Positions 51,070-61,076 of a DNA stretch of 64,000 bases are shown here, in pieces (the stretch's first letter is position 1; each line of letters opens with the position of its first letter). The notes below the pieces were generated by a model. The model was not told the origin of the DNA. It searched no databases and saw only the letters and a list, made by a program, of their open reading frames with translations. Location: assembly GCA_965199955.1 (NCBI GenBank), contig CBDATQ010000001.1, positions 1,824,001 to 1,888,000 on the forward strand, in the 5' to 3' direction. The position numbers and the translations under genes were made by a program. Source of the DNA: Spirochaetia bacterium. GTDB lineage: Bacteria > Spirochaetota > Spirochaetia > SZUA-6 > Bin103.

Positions 51070-51935
51070 CGATCGCGCGGTTCGATCCGACGCGAGCCTC
51101 GGGCGACGAACTGCGGCGATCCTACTTCGAGAGCGGGTACGTGCTGGTCCGTGACCTGGTGGACGAGGTCGACCGCGCCGGGATCAGGCGTGAACTGCGG
51201 AGGATCAATCGGGGAGACTACTCGCACTCGCCCATCGAGGGGGTGACCTGGCGCAACGAAATCGAGCCCGTCGACTGGCCCGAGGACGACGAACGGCTCA
51301 TGGGCCGCCACATGTACCTTGGGCAGCCGCATGTCTACAGCGCGGTCGTCCGCGACGCCATGACCCATGCCGGCATCTGCCGCGTCCTGGACCACGTCGT
51401 CGGCGCCTACGTGCCGTTCTGGGATGGCGCCTACAAGTGCATGCAGAGCATGTTCGTGGTAAAGCCTCCCGGCGGCGCCGGCAGCCCGTGGCACCAGGAC
51501 GAGCACCCCATCCCGACGCGCGACCGCTCGCTGACCGGAGTGTGGATTGCGCTGGCCGACGCGACGGTGGCGGATGGATGCCTGTGGATCGTGCCGGACA
51601 GCCACAAGTCGGGTGTCATCTACGAGCGCTACGCCCACGACCTGCCGGACGTCGACAGCAATGAAGTCGCGCGCGGCTTCGACGACGCCGGGGCCATCCC
51701 GATCGAGATGAACGCCGGCAGCGTCCTGTTCTTCAGCGGCTACCTGCTGCACAGCTCGCGCAAGAACCGGAGCGACCGGTACCGCCCGGCCCTCACCTTT
51801 CACTACTGCAGCGCGTCGACGTGGCTGACCTGGGGCGGCGAGCGGAACTACCGCGGCGTCGTGCAGGTACGCGGGGAAGACCCCTATGCCGACCTGGGAT
51901 ACACCACGCCGCAGCCCTGGGTGAAGGAGCGCTAG
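51066..51935 (+). CDS. PhyH-family Fe(II)/2-oxoglutarate dioxygenase
   Basis: WHQD, VWIAL, GCLWIVPDSH and LLHSS..NRS..YR. Confidence 0.92.
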   Translation: MTIARFDPTRASGDELRRSYFESGYVLVRDLVDEVDRAGIRRELRRINRGDYSHSPIEGVTWRNEIEPVDWPEDDERLMGRHMYLGQPHVYSAVVRDAMTHAGICRVLDHVVGAYVPFWDGAYKCMQSMFVVKPPGGAGSPWHQDEHPIPTRDRSLTGVWIALADATVADGCLWIVPDSHKSGVIYERYAHDLPDVDSNEVARGFDDAGAIPIEMNAGSVLFFSGYLLHSSRKNRSDRYRPALTFHYCSASTWLTWGGERNYRGVVQVRGEDPYADLGYTTPQPWVKER

Positions 51936-52766
51936 TTAATCGAGCACGGTCACGCGGCGATCGGTCGCGCCCTCGGCGCGGTGCTGGAACAGGGTGCGGA
52001 CGGCCGGGGGAAAGGCTGCGTAGGCATCGCGCGGGACGATCGAGCGGTTGCGGCCGCCGTACTCGGCGCTCAGCCACCACGGAGCGTAGCGCACGACCAT
52101 GGCGACGCGGTCCTCGCGCGATGGGTTGTGCGCGTTCGAGTGCCAGATACGGGAATCAATGACGACCACGTCGCCGGCATCGCCGGCCATCTGCACTTCT
52201 CCCGGAAGGGGGCCGAACTCGTCGATCCCGTCGGACGGGCCGCGCGGGTTCTTCGGATTGCGATGGGTGCCGGGCACGACCCACGTCCCGCCCGAATCGG
52301 GGCCGTGCGGCGACAGCATCCACACCGTCGTCAGCGCCATGGTGAGGTCCGGAAATGGCTGCCGGATGGAGCCGCCCCGCTCGTTGTCCTTGAGATCGTG
52401 GGGCCAGTCGGAGTGCCACGAACGATAACCCGCGTTGTCATCAGCCGCGGGGCGGAACTTGAACTCGATCTGAGCGATACGGACCCGGGGGTGGAGCGCG
52501 GCGCGCGCGATGGCCAGGATCCGCTCGTCCGCCAGATGGGCGGCAAACCCGGGTACGTACGCCGCGACGTTCTTTCCCGGACCGCCGCCCGCCGTCTGCT
52601 GGAACGTCAGGTTGCCGCCGACCGCCGCATATTCGCGCTGAGCGGCCTGCCGGCCGTGGACGACCTGCTCGCGCAGCGCCGCGATCCGATCGGGCGGAAT
52701 GACGGCCCGCACGACGCAGTATCCGGCCGCGGCGAGCTGGGCCAGTTCCCGCTGAACCTCAGCCAC
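51936..52766 (-). CDS. PhyH-family Fe(II)/2-oxoglutarate dioxygenase
   Basis: WHSDWP, GGTWVVPGTH and DSRIWH...R. Confidence 0.9.
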   Translation of the reverse strand: MAEVQRELAQLAAAGYCVVRAVIPPDRIAALREQVVHGRQAAQREYAAVGGNLTFQQTAGGGPGKNVAAYVPGFAAHLADERILAIARAALHPRVRIAQIEFKFRPAADDNAGYRSWHSDWPHDLKDNERGGSIRQPFPDLTMALTTVWMLSPHGPDSGGTWVVPGTHRNPKNPRGPSDGIDEFGPLPGEVQMAGDAGDVVVIDSRIWHSNAHNPSREDRVAMVVRYAPWWLSAEYGGRNRSIVPRDAYAAFPPAVRTLFQHRAEGATDRRVTVLD

Positions 52767-53169
52767 GGGCCGACTCCATGCATGGCAGTTCCGTCGCGAT
52801 GGGCAGCGAGGGCGGGCCGCCGACGTGGACGACCAGGTCGCCGTCCTCGACCGTGACGGGATAGGTCGTCAGCCTGCGGCCGGGATCGATCAAGTTGCGG
52901 CCGGTGGTGATGTCGTACTCCCAGCCGTGCCACGGGCAGCGCAGCACGCGGCCGTCGAGCCCCCTGCGGTACTGGCCCGGCTCGGACGGGAGGTAGGTCG
53001 CGCCGATCTCGCCCAGGCACACCGGCGCCTGATTGTGCAGGCAGGAGTTGCGTAGCGCGTGGAAACGGCCCTCCACGTTGAAGATGCCGATGCTGCGTCC
53101 TGCGACCGTCACCACGCGCCGCCCGCCGGGCGGGATGGCGTCCGCCGGGCCGACCACGTGGCGCGCCAT
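52759..53169 (-). CDS. Rieske [2Fe-2S] ferredoxin
   Basis: CLH and CPWHGWEYD ligands. TGATG coupling to the amidohydrolase gene. Confidence 0.92.
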   Translation of the reverse strand: MARHVVGPADAIPPGGRRVVTVAGRSIGIFNVEGRFHALRNSCLHNQAPVCLGEIGATYLPSEPGQYRRGLDGRVLRCPWHGWEYDITTGRNLIDPGRRLTTYPVTVEDGDLVVHVGGPPSLPIATELPCMESARG

Positions 53170-54260
53170 CAGAGCCCGAACAGCCGCTCGGCGTTGCGCT
53201 GGAAGATGTCGGGCCGGTATTCGGCCGGTAGGGCGTTCAGCACGTGCGCGGCGTCGTAATCCCAGTGCGGGTAGTCGCTGGAGTAGAGCAGGCAGTTGCG
53301 GCCGTCGATCATCTCCAGGATCTGAACGAGCAGCGCCGGATCGGGCGGCTCCTCCAGCGGCTGCGTCGTGAAGTAGCAGTGCTCGCGGATCACCTCGCTG
53401 GGCGGACGCTTGACCCACGGAACCTCGCGGCGCAGCGCCCGCCACTCCTTGTCCAGGCGCCACGTCACGTGCGGGAGCCAAGCCACGCCTCCCTCAATGA
53501 ACAGCCACCGCAGGCGCGGGAATTTCTCGAACACCCCCTCCGCGATGAGGCTGATGAGTTGCGTGATGTAGATGCGCGGCAGGCCCGAGTGGTACTCGAA
53601 GAAGGTGCGCGGCGTGCCCACCGGGCTCACGGCAGGCGCCAGCCCGGTGCCGGCCGCGGAGACGTGGATGCCGATCGGCAGGTCGTGACGGACCGCCGCC
53701 TCGTAGATCGGGTGGAAGAACTTCTGCCCGTACGGCGCGGCGGAGGTGCCGCCGATGATCGCCATCACCATGTCGTCGCGCTCGCCGAGCCGTTCGATCT
53801 CGGCTACGGCGGCCTCCGGATCATTGGAGTTCACGGCGATGGAGCCCCGGAACTGCGGGTGCGGGGTGAGCCAGTGCTCGACGGTCCAGTCGTTGAAGGC
53901 GGACATCACGGCGTTGGCGTACTCGGGGTTGGGATGGACGTTCCAGCCGTAGATGTTGCCGGTCAGGACGGCGAGGTCGATGTGGTTCTCGACGATGAGC
54001 TGCCGGATGGTGAAATCCGGGTCGGATGCCGGCGTGCCGCCGTCCGGGGTCACGCTGTCGAGGCGGTTGCGGCCCGCCCCAAGCCCCAGGCCGCCCACGA
54101 TCGAGTTGGCTTCCAGGATCTTCGAGCGCCACGGCTCCTGCAGGTAGGGCTGCAGCGTCTCCCAGTCCGGCAGGCTGTGGTGGACATCGCTGTCGATGAC
54201 CCGGTAGGGACGCCTCCGGTTGGTAATGGTGGTCCGCGGCGATCCGTTGGGCGCCGTCAT
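53169..54260 (-). CDS. Amidohydrolase_2 family protein
   Basis: IDSDVH, FNDW, EGVFEKFPRL, EGG and YSSDYPHWD. Confidence 0.92.
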   Translation of the reverse strand: MTAPNGSPRTTITNRRRPYRVIDSDVHHSLPDWETLQPYLQEPWRSKILEANSIVGGLGLGAGRNRLDSVTPDGGTPASDPDFTIRQLIVENHIDLAVLTGNIYGWNVHPNPEYANAVMSAFNDWTVEHWLTPHPQFRGSIAVNSNDPEAAVAEIERLGERDDMVMAIIGGTSAAPYGQKFFHPIYEAAVRHDLPIGIHVSAAGTGLAPAVSPVGTPRTFFEYHSGLPRIYITQLISLIAEGVFEKFPRLRWLFIEGGVAWLPHVTWRLDKEWRALRREVPWVKRPPSEVIREHCYFTTQPLEEPPDPALLVQILEMIDGRNCLLYSSDYPHWDYDAAHVLNALPAEYRPDIFQRNAERLFGL

Positions 54261-54269
54261 GCGGCTACT

Positions 54270-54752
54270 CTATCCCCTTTCATCCGGATCTGTCGGATCA
54301 TCTCCGCCGACTGGCTCCGCTCCCCGATCCTGCTGGTGGTCCCACGGGTTGATCAGTTCCAGCCCACAGTCTTCGAAGTCGGTGATGTTGCGTGTCGCCA
54401 GCGCACACCCGCGGGCGCGCGCGACCGCAGCGATCTGACCGTCGACGACGTTCATCGGACGGCCGGTCTGCCTGCGCGAGGCCATGATCTCACCATAATC
54501 AAGCGCCGCAGCGCGGTCGAAGTCGAGCAGGCGTTCCGAGAACGCAGTGGTGACGAAGCGCTCGAAGCGGTGCTGCAGATCGTATCGGCGGCGGCCTTCC
54601 GGCAGAATACGGATCCCGTACGTGATTTCCGCCATCGAGACCGAGGACAGATGCACGAGAGTCGGTGGTTGGCGGTTCATCCATTGCACCACCGATGCCT
54701 CTGGCGTGGCGCGCATCAACTCCGATACCACGTTGGTGTCGATCAGGATCAC
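54270..54752 (-). CDS. VapC/FitB PIN-domain toxin
   Basis: ILIDTNVVSELMR, AEI, DGQIAA and LATRNITDF. Confidence 0.92.
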   Translation of the reverse strand: MILIDTNVVSELMRATPEASVVQWMNRQPPTLVHLSSVSMAEITYGIRILPEGRRRYDLQHRFERFVTTAFSERLLDFDRAAALDYGEIMASRRQTGRPMNVVDGQIAAVARARGCALATRNITDFEDCGLELINPWDHQQDRGAEPVGGDDPTDPDERG

Positions 54753-54982
54753 GACGACAGGCGGACGGGCTGGTGCGGCGTGCGCTCGGGAAGATCGAGA
54801 TCCACTCCATGCGCGGGGCCGAACAGGCTGACAGCCACGTCGCCGATGCGTTCCGGAGTCGAGACCGCCTGTCTGATGATCGTTCTGGTCTCTTCTTCCA
54901 TGGATCGCCCATTGCGCGCCGCGCGAAGGCGCAAGCGGCGCATCGTTTCTTCGTCCAGACGTCTGACACTCAGGCTCCCCAT
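54749..54982 (-). CDS. FitA-like ribbon-helix-helix antitoxin
   Basis: LSVRRLDEETMRRLRLRAARNGRSMEEETRTII. GTGA overlap with the toxin gene. Confidence 0.9.
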   Translation of the reverse strand: MGSLSVRRLDEETMRRLRLRAARNGRSMEEETRTIIRQAVSTPERIGDVAVSLFGPAHGVDLDLPERTPHQPVRLSS

Positions 54983-55148
54983 CTCTTCCTCCTCGCTTCG
55001 AATCCGTAGTGATGCTATCACGTGCACGCAACGCACTCATTCGATTGCATGACGAGCTCCGCGAGCTACGGCGTCGTTCGTTCAAGGCTCATCCTTGGGT
55101 GGCGAGGCCGCACGACGTATACTTGATGCAGCCGTTGAGGCTGGGACG

Positions 55149-55730
55149 ATGTTGCAGGGTCTGTTCTGGTTCACCGCGATCTTCGGCGTCGGTGTGACGC
55201 TGATCGATCTGCTGGGCCTGATCGGCTCCGGCGGCCAGGCGGACGGCGCCGCGGGCGACGACGGTTCCGCCGGCGAGGAGGGGGGAGGCGAGGTTTCGGG
55301 CGGCGCTCCGGTCCTCTCGTTCCTGCGCTACGTCCGCACGGCCATCTACTTCTGCCTGGGATTCGGGCCGTTCGGACTGGCGTCGACCGCGTTCGGCTCG
55401 GGGCCGGTTGGCAGCTTGGTGTGGGCGCTCGCGGGAGGCAGCGCGGTCGCCGTGCTGGCCCGCCTGTTCTTCCGCCTGCAGCGCACGGACCTTGATTCCA
55501 GCATCAGGGAAGAGGAGCTTCTGTTCGAGCAGGCTACCGTGATCGCCCCGATCGCCGACGGCGGCATGGGCAAGGTACGCATCAGCCTGGGCCAGTCGGT
55601 GGCGGAACGCTACGCGCTGGCCGAGAATCCCGAGGAGCGCTTCGCCGTCGACGCGAGCGTACAGGTGGCGCAGGTCACCGACCGGTGCGTGTACGTGCGT
55701 GCACTGGATGCTCAGCGAGAGCTTCCGTGA
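55149..55730 (+). CDS. NfeD-like membrane protein
   Basis: Hydrophobic N-terminus and OB-fold-like tail (ATVIAPI..GMGKVRI). Precedes the SPFH genes. Confidence 0.75.
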   Translation: MLQGLFWFTAIFGVGVTLIDLLGLIGSGGQADGAAGDDGSAGEEGGGEVSGGAPVLSFLRYVRTAIYFCLGFGPFGLASTAFGSGPVGSLVWALAGGSAVAVLARLFFRLQRTDLDSSIREEELLFEQATVIAPIADGGMGKVRISLGQSVAERYALAENPEERFAVDASVQVAQVTDRCVYVRALDAQRELP

Positions 55731-55784
55731 CGACGGGATCGAAGCGCTGGCGCCGATCGCACCGTAGATAAGGCTGGAGGAGCC

Positions 55785-57152
55785 ATGGAAGGGTTTGTAG
55801 GCGGCGCGATCGCCGCGGTGGCCGTGTTCTTCGTGATCGTCGGGGGGCTCCGGTCCCTCATCAAGGTCTGTCCCCCCAACCAGGTGCTGGTGGTGACCGG
55901 CACCAAGACGCAGGTCGGCGGCAAGAGCTATGGCTTCCGGTTGCAGCGCGGCGGGTGGACGTTCGTGATCCCGTTCTTTCAGAGCGCGCAGGGGCTGGAG
56001 TTGTCGACCATCCCGATCGACGTGCGCGTGGAGGGGGTGAATGCCGCCAACGGAATTACCGTCGGCGCCGACGCGACCGCCTGCGTCTGCGTCGATCACG
56101 AGGACGACGGGCTCCTGTACTCGGCCGTCGAGCGGCTGATGGGCAAGTCGCGGGGAGAGATCCAGGAGCAGATCCAGCAGACCATGGTCGGCAACTTCCG
56201 CGGCGCGCTCAACAAGACCACCCCGCTGCAGGCGATCGGCATGCTGGAGAGCGTCGACGAGGAGGATCGGGTCGGCGAGGGCGGTGTCCGCGCCGAAGCC
56301 GGCGCCGACAGCGCGGACGCGGAAGGCGAGCGCGCCCAGTTCCGGGCGGAGCTGCTGCGCGACAGCAACCAGGACCTGGCCACCTTCGGCATGCGCGTCG
56401 TGTCGGTGTCGCTGCAGAAGATCTGGGACACCTCCAACTACATCGCCAACCTGGCCAACAAGACGCTGTCCCGCAAGCGCCAGGAGGTGGAGATCGAGGA
56501 GGCCCGCCTCAAGGCGCAGGCAGAGCGCGCGGAGTCGGACGCCAAGCGGCGCGAGGCCGTGGCCGAGAACACCGCGAACGAGAAGATCATCGCCGCCCAG
56601 CAGGAGCTGGAGGTGCTCAGGCGCACCGCCGAGGCGGAGGTGGAGCAGTCTCGCCTGGAGGCCGACAGCGCGATAGAGCGGGCCGACAGCGAAGGCGAGC
56701 GGTCCGTCCAGGAGATTGCGGTGGAGCTGCGCAAGCTCAAGAACGTCTCCGACGTGACGCTGGAGGCGGACACCAAGCGGCAGGCCGCGGAGATCCTGGC
56801 CAGCGGCCAGAACCAGGCCGTGCAGATCGTCGAATCGACCCAGAACGACCTGCTGGACCAGAAGGCGAGGATGGTCGCGGAGGCCGACGTCGGCAGGATC
56901 GCGCTGTTCGTCCAGCAGCAGCTCCCGGGGCTGTTCGCGGCCTACGAGCGCTACGCGCGGGAGATGGCGATCGACAACGTCGTGATCATGGATAACGAGC
57001 GGGGCATGAACGGGTTGCTGAATCGCGGCCCGGATGCCTTCGTCGACTTCCTGCACAAGTTCGAGGAGGGATTCGGCATCAGCGTCAAGGAGCTGATGAC
57101 CCAGGCCGGCGCCGACGGCGCCACGGCGGACACGCCGGAGGAGCGCTCATGA
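55785..57152 (+). CDS. Flotillin/SPFH domain protein
   Basis: KVCPPNQVLVVTG, GGWTFVIP and an AE-rich coiled coil. Confidence 0.88.
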   Translation: MEGFVGGAIAAVAVFFVIVGGLRSLIKVCPPNQVLVVTGTKTQVGGKSYGFRLQRGGWTFVIPFFQSAQGLELSTIPIDVRVEGVNAANGITVGADATACVCVDHEDDGLLYSAVERLMGKSRGEIQEQIQQTMVGNFRGALNKTTPLQAIGMLESVDEEDRVGEGGVRAEAGADSADAEGERAQFRAELLRDSNQDLATFGMRVVSVSLQKIWDTSNYIANLANKTLSRKRQEVEIEEARLKAQAERAESDAKRREAVAENTANEKIIAAQQELEVLRRTAEAEVEQSRLEADSAIERADSEGERSVQEIAVELRKLKNVSDVTLEADTKRQAAEILASGQNQAVQIVESTQNDLLDQKARMVAEADVGRIALFVQQQLPGLFAAYERYAREMAIDNVVIMDNERGMNGLLNRGPDAFVDFLHKFEEGFGISVKELMTQAGADGATADTPEERS

Positions 57153-58408
57153 GCGTCTTCGTCATCGTATTCATTCTTCTGGTCGTCGTCACGCTCATCA
57201 TCCAGCTTGTCACCAAGATGAAGATCGTCGGCGCCGACGAGCTGGCGATCGTCGCCGGCAAGGGCAAGGCGTTCTCGTGGCTGCGTGGCGGGCGCGTGTT
57301 CGTGTTCCCGCTTATCCACCGCTTCTTCCGGATGGACATGCGGCCCCGCACCACCAGCGTGCGCGTGGAGTCGGCGATCGCGGCCGGCATCGTGCCGCTC
57401 ACCGTGGTCGCCACCGTGAGCTTTGCGGTGGCCTCATCCGGCGACGGGCTGCGCAACGCGATCCGGCGGATCCTGCTGATGACCCGCGACTGGAGCGAGC
57501 TCACCGGCATCGCCACCGGCATCATCGAGGGGCATCTGCGCGACTCGATCGCGACCATGACGCCCGAGGAGGTGATGCAGGACAAGGACCGGCTGGTGCA
57601 GAACATGATCCGCGTCTGCAAGAGTGACCTGGAGGGCATCGGCCTGGAGATCACGGCGATGAACATCGCCGACGTGGACGACCATCGCCTGGACGGCGTG
57701 CGCGAGCCGGAGCTCTACATCGCCCTGTTGAAGCGGATCCAGTCCGCGAACGCCGAATCGCAGTCACGCGCCGCGCAGGCGCAGGCGCACGCGGCGGCCA
57801 AGGAGGAGTCCGAGACGCGGCGCGCGGAGGTTGCGGTGCGCGATGCCCAGAACGCCAAGGAGAGCCTGTTGGCGGAGACGCGCGTGAACGTGGCGCAGGA
57901 GACGCAGCGCAGCGCGATCGGCGTGCGCCGGGCCGAGCGCGACGCGCAGGCCAAGGTGGCCGGCATCAAGGCCCAGATCGGCGCGGAGCAGCAGCGTATC
58001 GCGATGCTCAAGGAGCGTTACCGCGCGGAGATCCTGATCCCCGCGGAGGCGGAACAGGAGCGCATGACGCTGCAGGCGAAGGCCGAAGCGGCCGAGCGGC
58101 GCGGACGCGCGCAGGGTGAGATCGATCAGCTCAACCGCACGATCGAGATCCTCCGCAAGGGCGGCCAGGCCGGACTTGCCGCCTACATCATCGAGAACTT
58201 CGAGAAGTTCATCGAGCCGTTCTCGCAGACGCTGTCGCTGTTCCCGGCCAAGCACGCCACGGTCATCTCCGGGGCAGGCGGGACGCACGCGCCGATCTCC
58301 GGCGTGCATCCGCACCCGGTGGAGGAGCAGAAGGCGCGGTTGACGCTCCAGGCGCTGGGTGCGATCTCGACGGCCGCAGGGGCTGCGACCGAGCCGCGGA
58401 AGGGATAG
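57149..58408 (+). CDS. Flotillin/SPFH domain protein
   Basis: GGRVFVFP, IEGHLR..IATMTPEE, DLEGIGLEI and PAEAE. Confidence 0.9.
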   Translation: MSVFVIVFILLVVVTLIIQLVTKMKIVGADELAIVAGKGKAFSWLRGGRVFVFPLIHRFFRMDMRPRTTSVRVESAIAAGIVPLTVVATVSFAVASSGDGLRNAIRRILLMTRDWSELTGIATGIIEGHLRDSIATMTPEEVMQDKDRLVQNMIRVCKSDLEGIGLEITAMNIADVDDHRLDGVREPELYIALLKRIQSANAESQSRAAQAQAHAAAKEESETRRAEVAVRDAQNAKESLLAETRVNVAQETQRSAIGVRRAERDAQAKVAGIKAQIGAEQQRIAMLKERYRAEILIPAEAEQERMTLQAKAEAAERRGRAQGEIDQLNRTIEILRKGGQAGLAAYIIENFEKFIEPFSQTLSLFPAKHATVISGAGGTHAPISGVHPHPVEEQKARLTLQALGAISTAAGAATEPRKG

Positions 58409-58416
58409 CACGACGG

Positions 58417-58440
58417 GGCGCGCGGCGTTCGCCGCGCGCC
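58417..58440. terminator. Hairpin between the convergent flotillin and hisG genes
   Basis: ggcgcgcggc-gttc-gccgcgcgcc, a perfect 10-bp stem. Confidence 0.6.
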
Positions 58441-58441
58441 G

Positions 58442-59320
58442 TCAGTCGATGATCTTGTTCAGCGGATACTCGACGATGCCGCAGGCGCCCGCTTCCTTGA
58501 GACGCGGGATGATGTCGCGCACCACCGACTCGTCGATGATGGTGTCGACGGCGACCCAGCCGCCGTCCGCCAGCGGGGAGACGGTCGGCTTCAGCAGCGC
58601 CGGCAGCGCCTTCAGGATCGCGTCCAGGCTCTTCTGCGGGACGTTCATCATCAGCCCGACCTTGCCCTCGGCGGCCATGGCGCCGCGCAGCATGAGAGTG
58701 ATGTTCTCGATCTTCTTGCGCTTCCAGGGGTCCTGCCAGGAGTCCCGGTTGGCGATCAGGCGCGGGGTGCTGGTCAGGATGGTGTCGACGATGCGGAGGT
58801 TGTTGGCGCGCAGCGAGCTGCCGGTCTCGGTCACTTCCACGATCGCGTCGGCAAGCTGCGGCGGCTTGACCTCGGTCGCTCCCCACGAGAACTCGACGTG
58901 CGCCTCAACGCCGTGGCCTTTCAGGTAGTCGGTGGTGAGGTTCACCGCCTCGGTCGCGATGTGCTTGCCCTGCAGGTCCCTGGGGCCTCGGATCGGCGAG
59001 TCCTCGGGCACGGCCAGGACCCAGCGCGTCGGCCGGCGGCTCACCTTGGAGTAGACCAGCTCGGCGACCTCGACCACCTGGGCACGGTTCTCGACGATCC
59101 AGTCGTGGCCGGTCAGGCCGGCGTCCATCACGCCGTCCTGCACGTAGCGGGCCATCTCCTGCGCTCGGATCAGGATGCACTGGATCTCCGGGTCGTCGAT
59201 CTCGGGGTAGTAGGAGCGGGAGCGGAAGGTGATCCGGTAGCCGGCCTGATGGAACAGGCCGGCGGTCGCCTCCTGCAGGCTGCCGGCCGGGATGCCGAGC
59301 TTGAGGATGCTTTTGTCCAT
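58442..59320 (-). CDS. hisG: ATP phosphoribosyltransferase (long form)
   Basis: [34 protein letters not shown] and PTVSPL. Confidence 0.95.
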   Translation of the reverse strand: MDKSILKLGIPAGSLQEATAGLFHQAGYRITFRSRSYYPEIDDPEIQCILIRAQEMARYVQDGVMDAGLTGHDWIVENRAQVVEVAELVYSKVSRRPTRWVLAVPEDSPIRGPRDLQGKHIATEAVNLTTDYLKGHGVEAHVEFSWGATEVKPPQLADAIVEVTETGSSLRANNLRIVDTILTSTPRLIANRDSWQDPWKRKKIENITLMLRGAMAAEGKVGLMMNVPQKSLDAILKALPALLKPTVSPLADGGWVAVDTIIDESVVRDIIPRLKEAGACGIVEYPLNKIID

Positions 59321-59331
59321 GGGAGGGCCGG

Positions 59332-59754
59332 CTACGACTTGCTGGCGTAGACCTCGGCGGGGTCGAACACGCGCTCCGCGACGACCTGCAGATCGTCGTC
59401 CGTCACCTGGCGGAAGAAGCAGCTCCGGTAGCCCTCGTGGCATGCCGCGCCGCCGATCTGGCGCACCCTGACCAGCACCGCGTCGGCGTCGCAGTCGACG
59501 TAGATCCCGTGCACTTCCTGCACGTTGCCGGACTCCTCGCCCTTGCGCCAGAGGCTGTTGCGGCTGCGCGAGAAGTAACACACGCGGCCGGTGCGTAGCG
59601 TCTCCTCGAACGCCTCCCGGTTCATGTGGGCCATCATGAGCACCTCGCCGGTCTCATGGTCCTGGGCGATCACCGGGACGAGGCCGCCGGCCTTCTCGAA
59701 GTCGACCACGCGGCCGGCGGCGGAACCCTCCCCGTTTCCCGTATCAGGTTTCAT
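59332..59754 (-). CDS. hisI: Phosphoribosyl-AMP cyclohydrolase
   Basis: [18 protein letters not shown] and [10 protein letters not shown]. Confidence 0.96.
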   Translation of the reverse strand: MKPDTGNGEGSAAGRVVDFEKAGGLVPVIAQDHETGEVLMMAHMNREAFEETLRTGRVCYFSRSRNSLWRKGEESGNVQEVHGIYVDCDADAVLVRVRQIGGAACHEGYRSCFFRQVTDDDLQVVAERVFDPAEVYASKS

Positions 59755-59835
59755 GGCGGCACTCTACCACGCAGCCGGGGCTGCTGGTTCAACGCATGGC
59801 CGGCGCGGCATACTCGCAACGTCCAAGGAGGCCCC

Positions 59836-59985
59836 ATGCTCACCGACAAGCAATTCCAGCACTATCGGACCTTCGGGTTCATCGTCCTGCGCGACTTCTT
59901 CACGCCAACGGAGGTGGAGACCCTGCGCGCCGAGTACGAGGCGGAGCTCGGCTACTTCGAGTTGCCGGCGGGGAGCGCGGCATGA
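59836..59985 (+). pseudogene. Internally collapsed PhyH-family gene (49 codons)
   Basis: RBS aaggagg and MLTDKQFQHYRTFGFIVLRDFFTPTEVETLR, a typical PhyH N-terminus. It ends ELGYFELPAGSAA* with ATGA coupling to the next gene. Confidence 0.75.
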
Positions 59986-61076
59986 AGCGGTACCGCGTCG
60001 GCATCATCGGCCTGGGCCGCATGGGCAGCACCATCGACGACGAAGGCCACAGCAGGCAGCCGTACTCGATCGCCGCCTCGTGCCGCGCCAGCGACCGCCT
60101 GGAGGTGGCGACCGCCGCCGACCTGCGGCCCGAGCGGCGGGAGGCGTTCCGCGAGCGCTGGGGTGTCAAGGCGGTGTACGAGGACTACCGGCAGATGGTC
60201 GCCGAGCAGCGCCCCGACCTGGTGGCGGTCTGCACCACCGCCTCGGGTCTGCAGAAGCCGGCCAACCAGGCTCCGGATGCGGGCTTCCGCGGCGACTCGC
60301 ACGCGGAGCTTACCGTGGCGCTGGCGGAGCTCGGCGTGCCGATGCTGTACATGGAGAAGGCGATGGCGAGCTCGCCGCGCATGGCCGATGCCGCCCGAGA
60401 CGCCTGCATGGCCGCCGGCACGCGGTTCAACGCCGGCGTGCTGCGCCGCTTCGACAACCGCTACGACGCCGTGCGGCAGGCGATCGCCGACGGCGCGATC
60501 GGCACGCCGCAGGCGGCCGTCCACTATGCCAAGAGCAACCTCATGCACGGCCACGTGCACTCCATCGACACGCTGTCGTTCCTGCTCGGCGACCCGCCCA
60601 TCGAGGCGATCCGCGGCGAGCTGCTGCCGCGAGAGGAGGGCGGCGGCCCGCGGCCGGTGGAGGGAGACCACATTCCCAGCGACCCGGACGCGACCTTTCA
60701 GCTCCGCTTCGCCGGCGGCGTGGAGGCGTGGTCGGTGCCGGCAGGCAACTGGGAGTTCGAGGTGTTCGGCAGCGAGGGGGTGATCCGCTCGGAGAACAAC
60801 GGCGCCGGCATCACGCTGCGCACGGCAGCCGGTCCCGGCCGCCGGCCTGACGTGGTTCCCGCTCCGATCGAGGTCCCGGAGGCACGCAGCCCGGTGGTGG
60901 CATGCCTGGAGGACCTGATCGACGCGTACGAGTCAGGCCGGCCGACGCGGAGCCCGGTCGACCTCAGCGCCCGCATCGTGGACGCCTGCGTGGCCGTCGC
61001 CGACAGCCATCGGCGCGGGGGCGCCTGGGTCGACCTGCCGCTGGACGCGCGCGACCTGTACATCTTTCACGTGTAG
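59982..61076 (+). CDS. Gfo/Idh/MocA oxidoreductase
   Basis: GIIGLGRMG, YEDYRQM..PDLV, MEKAM and HSID. Confidence 0.9.
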   Translation: MKRYRVGIIGLGRMGSTIDDEGHSRQPYSIAASCRASDRLEVATAADLRPERREAFRERWGVKAVYEDYRQMVAEQRPDLVAVCTTASGLQKPANQAPDAGFRGDSHAELTVALAELGVPMLYMEKAMASSPRMADAARDACMAAGTRFNAGVLRRFDNRYDAVRQAIADGAIGTPQAAVHYAKSNLMHGHVHSIDTLSFLLGDPPIEAIRGELLPREEGGGPRPVEGDHIPSDPDATFQLRFAGGVEAWSVPAGNWEFEVFGSEGVIRSENNGAGITLRTAAGPGRRPDVVPAPIEVPEARSPVVACLEDLIDAYESGRPTRSPVDLSARIVDACVAVADSHRRGGAWVDLPLDARDLYIFHV

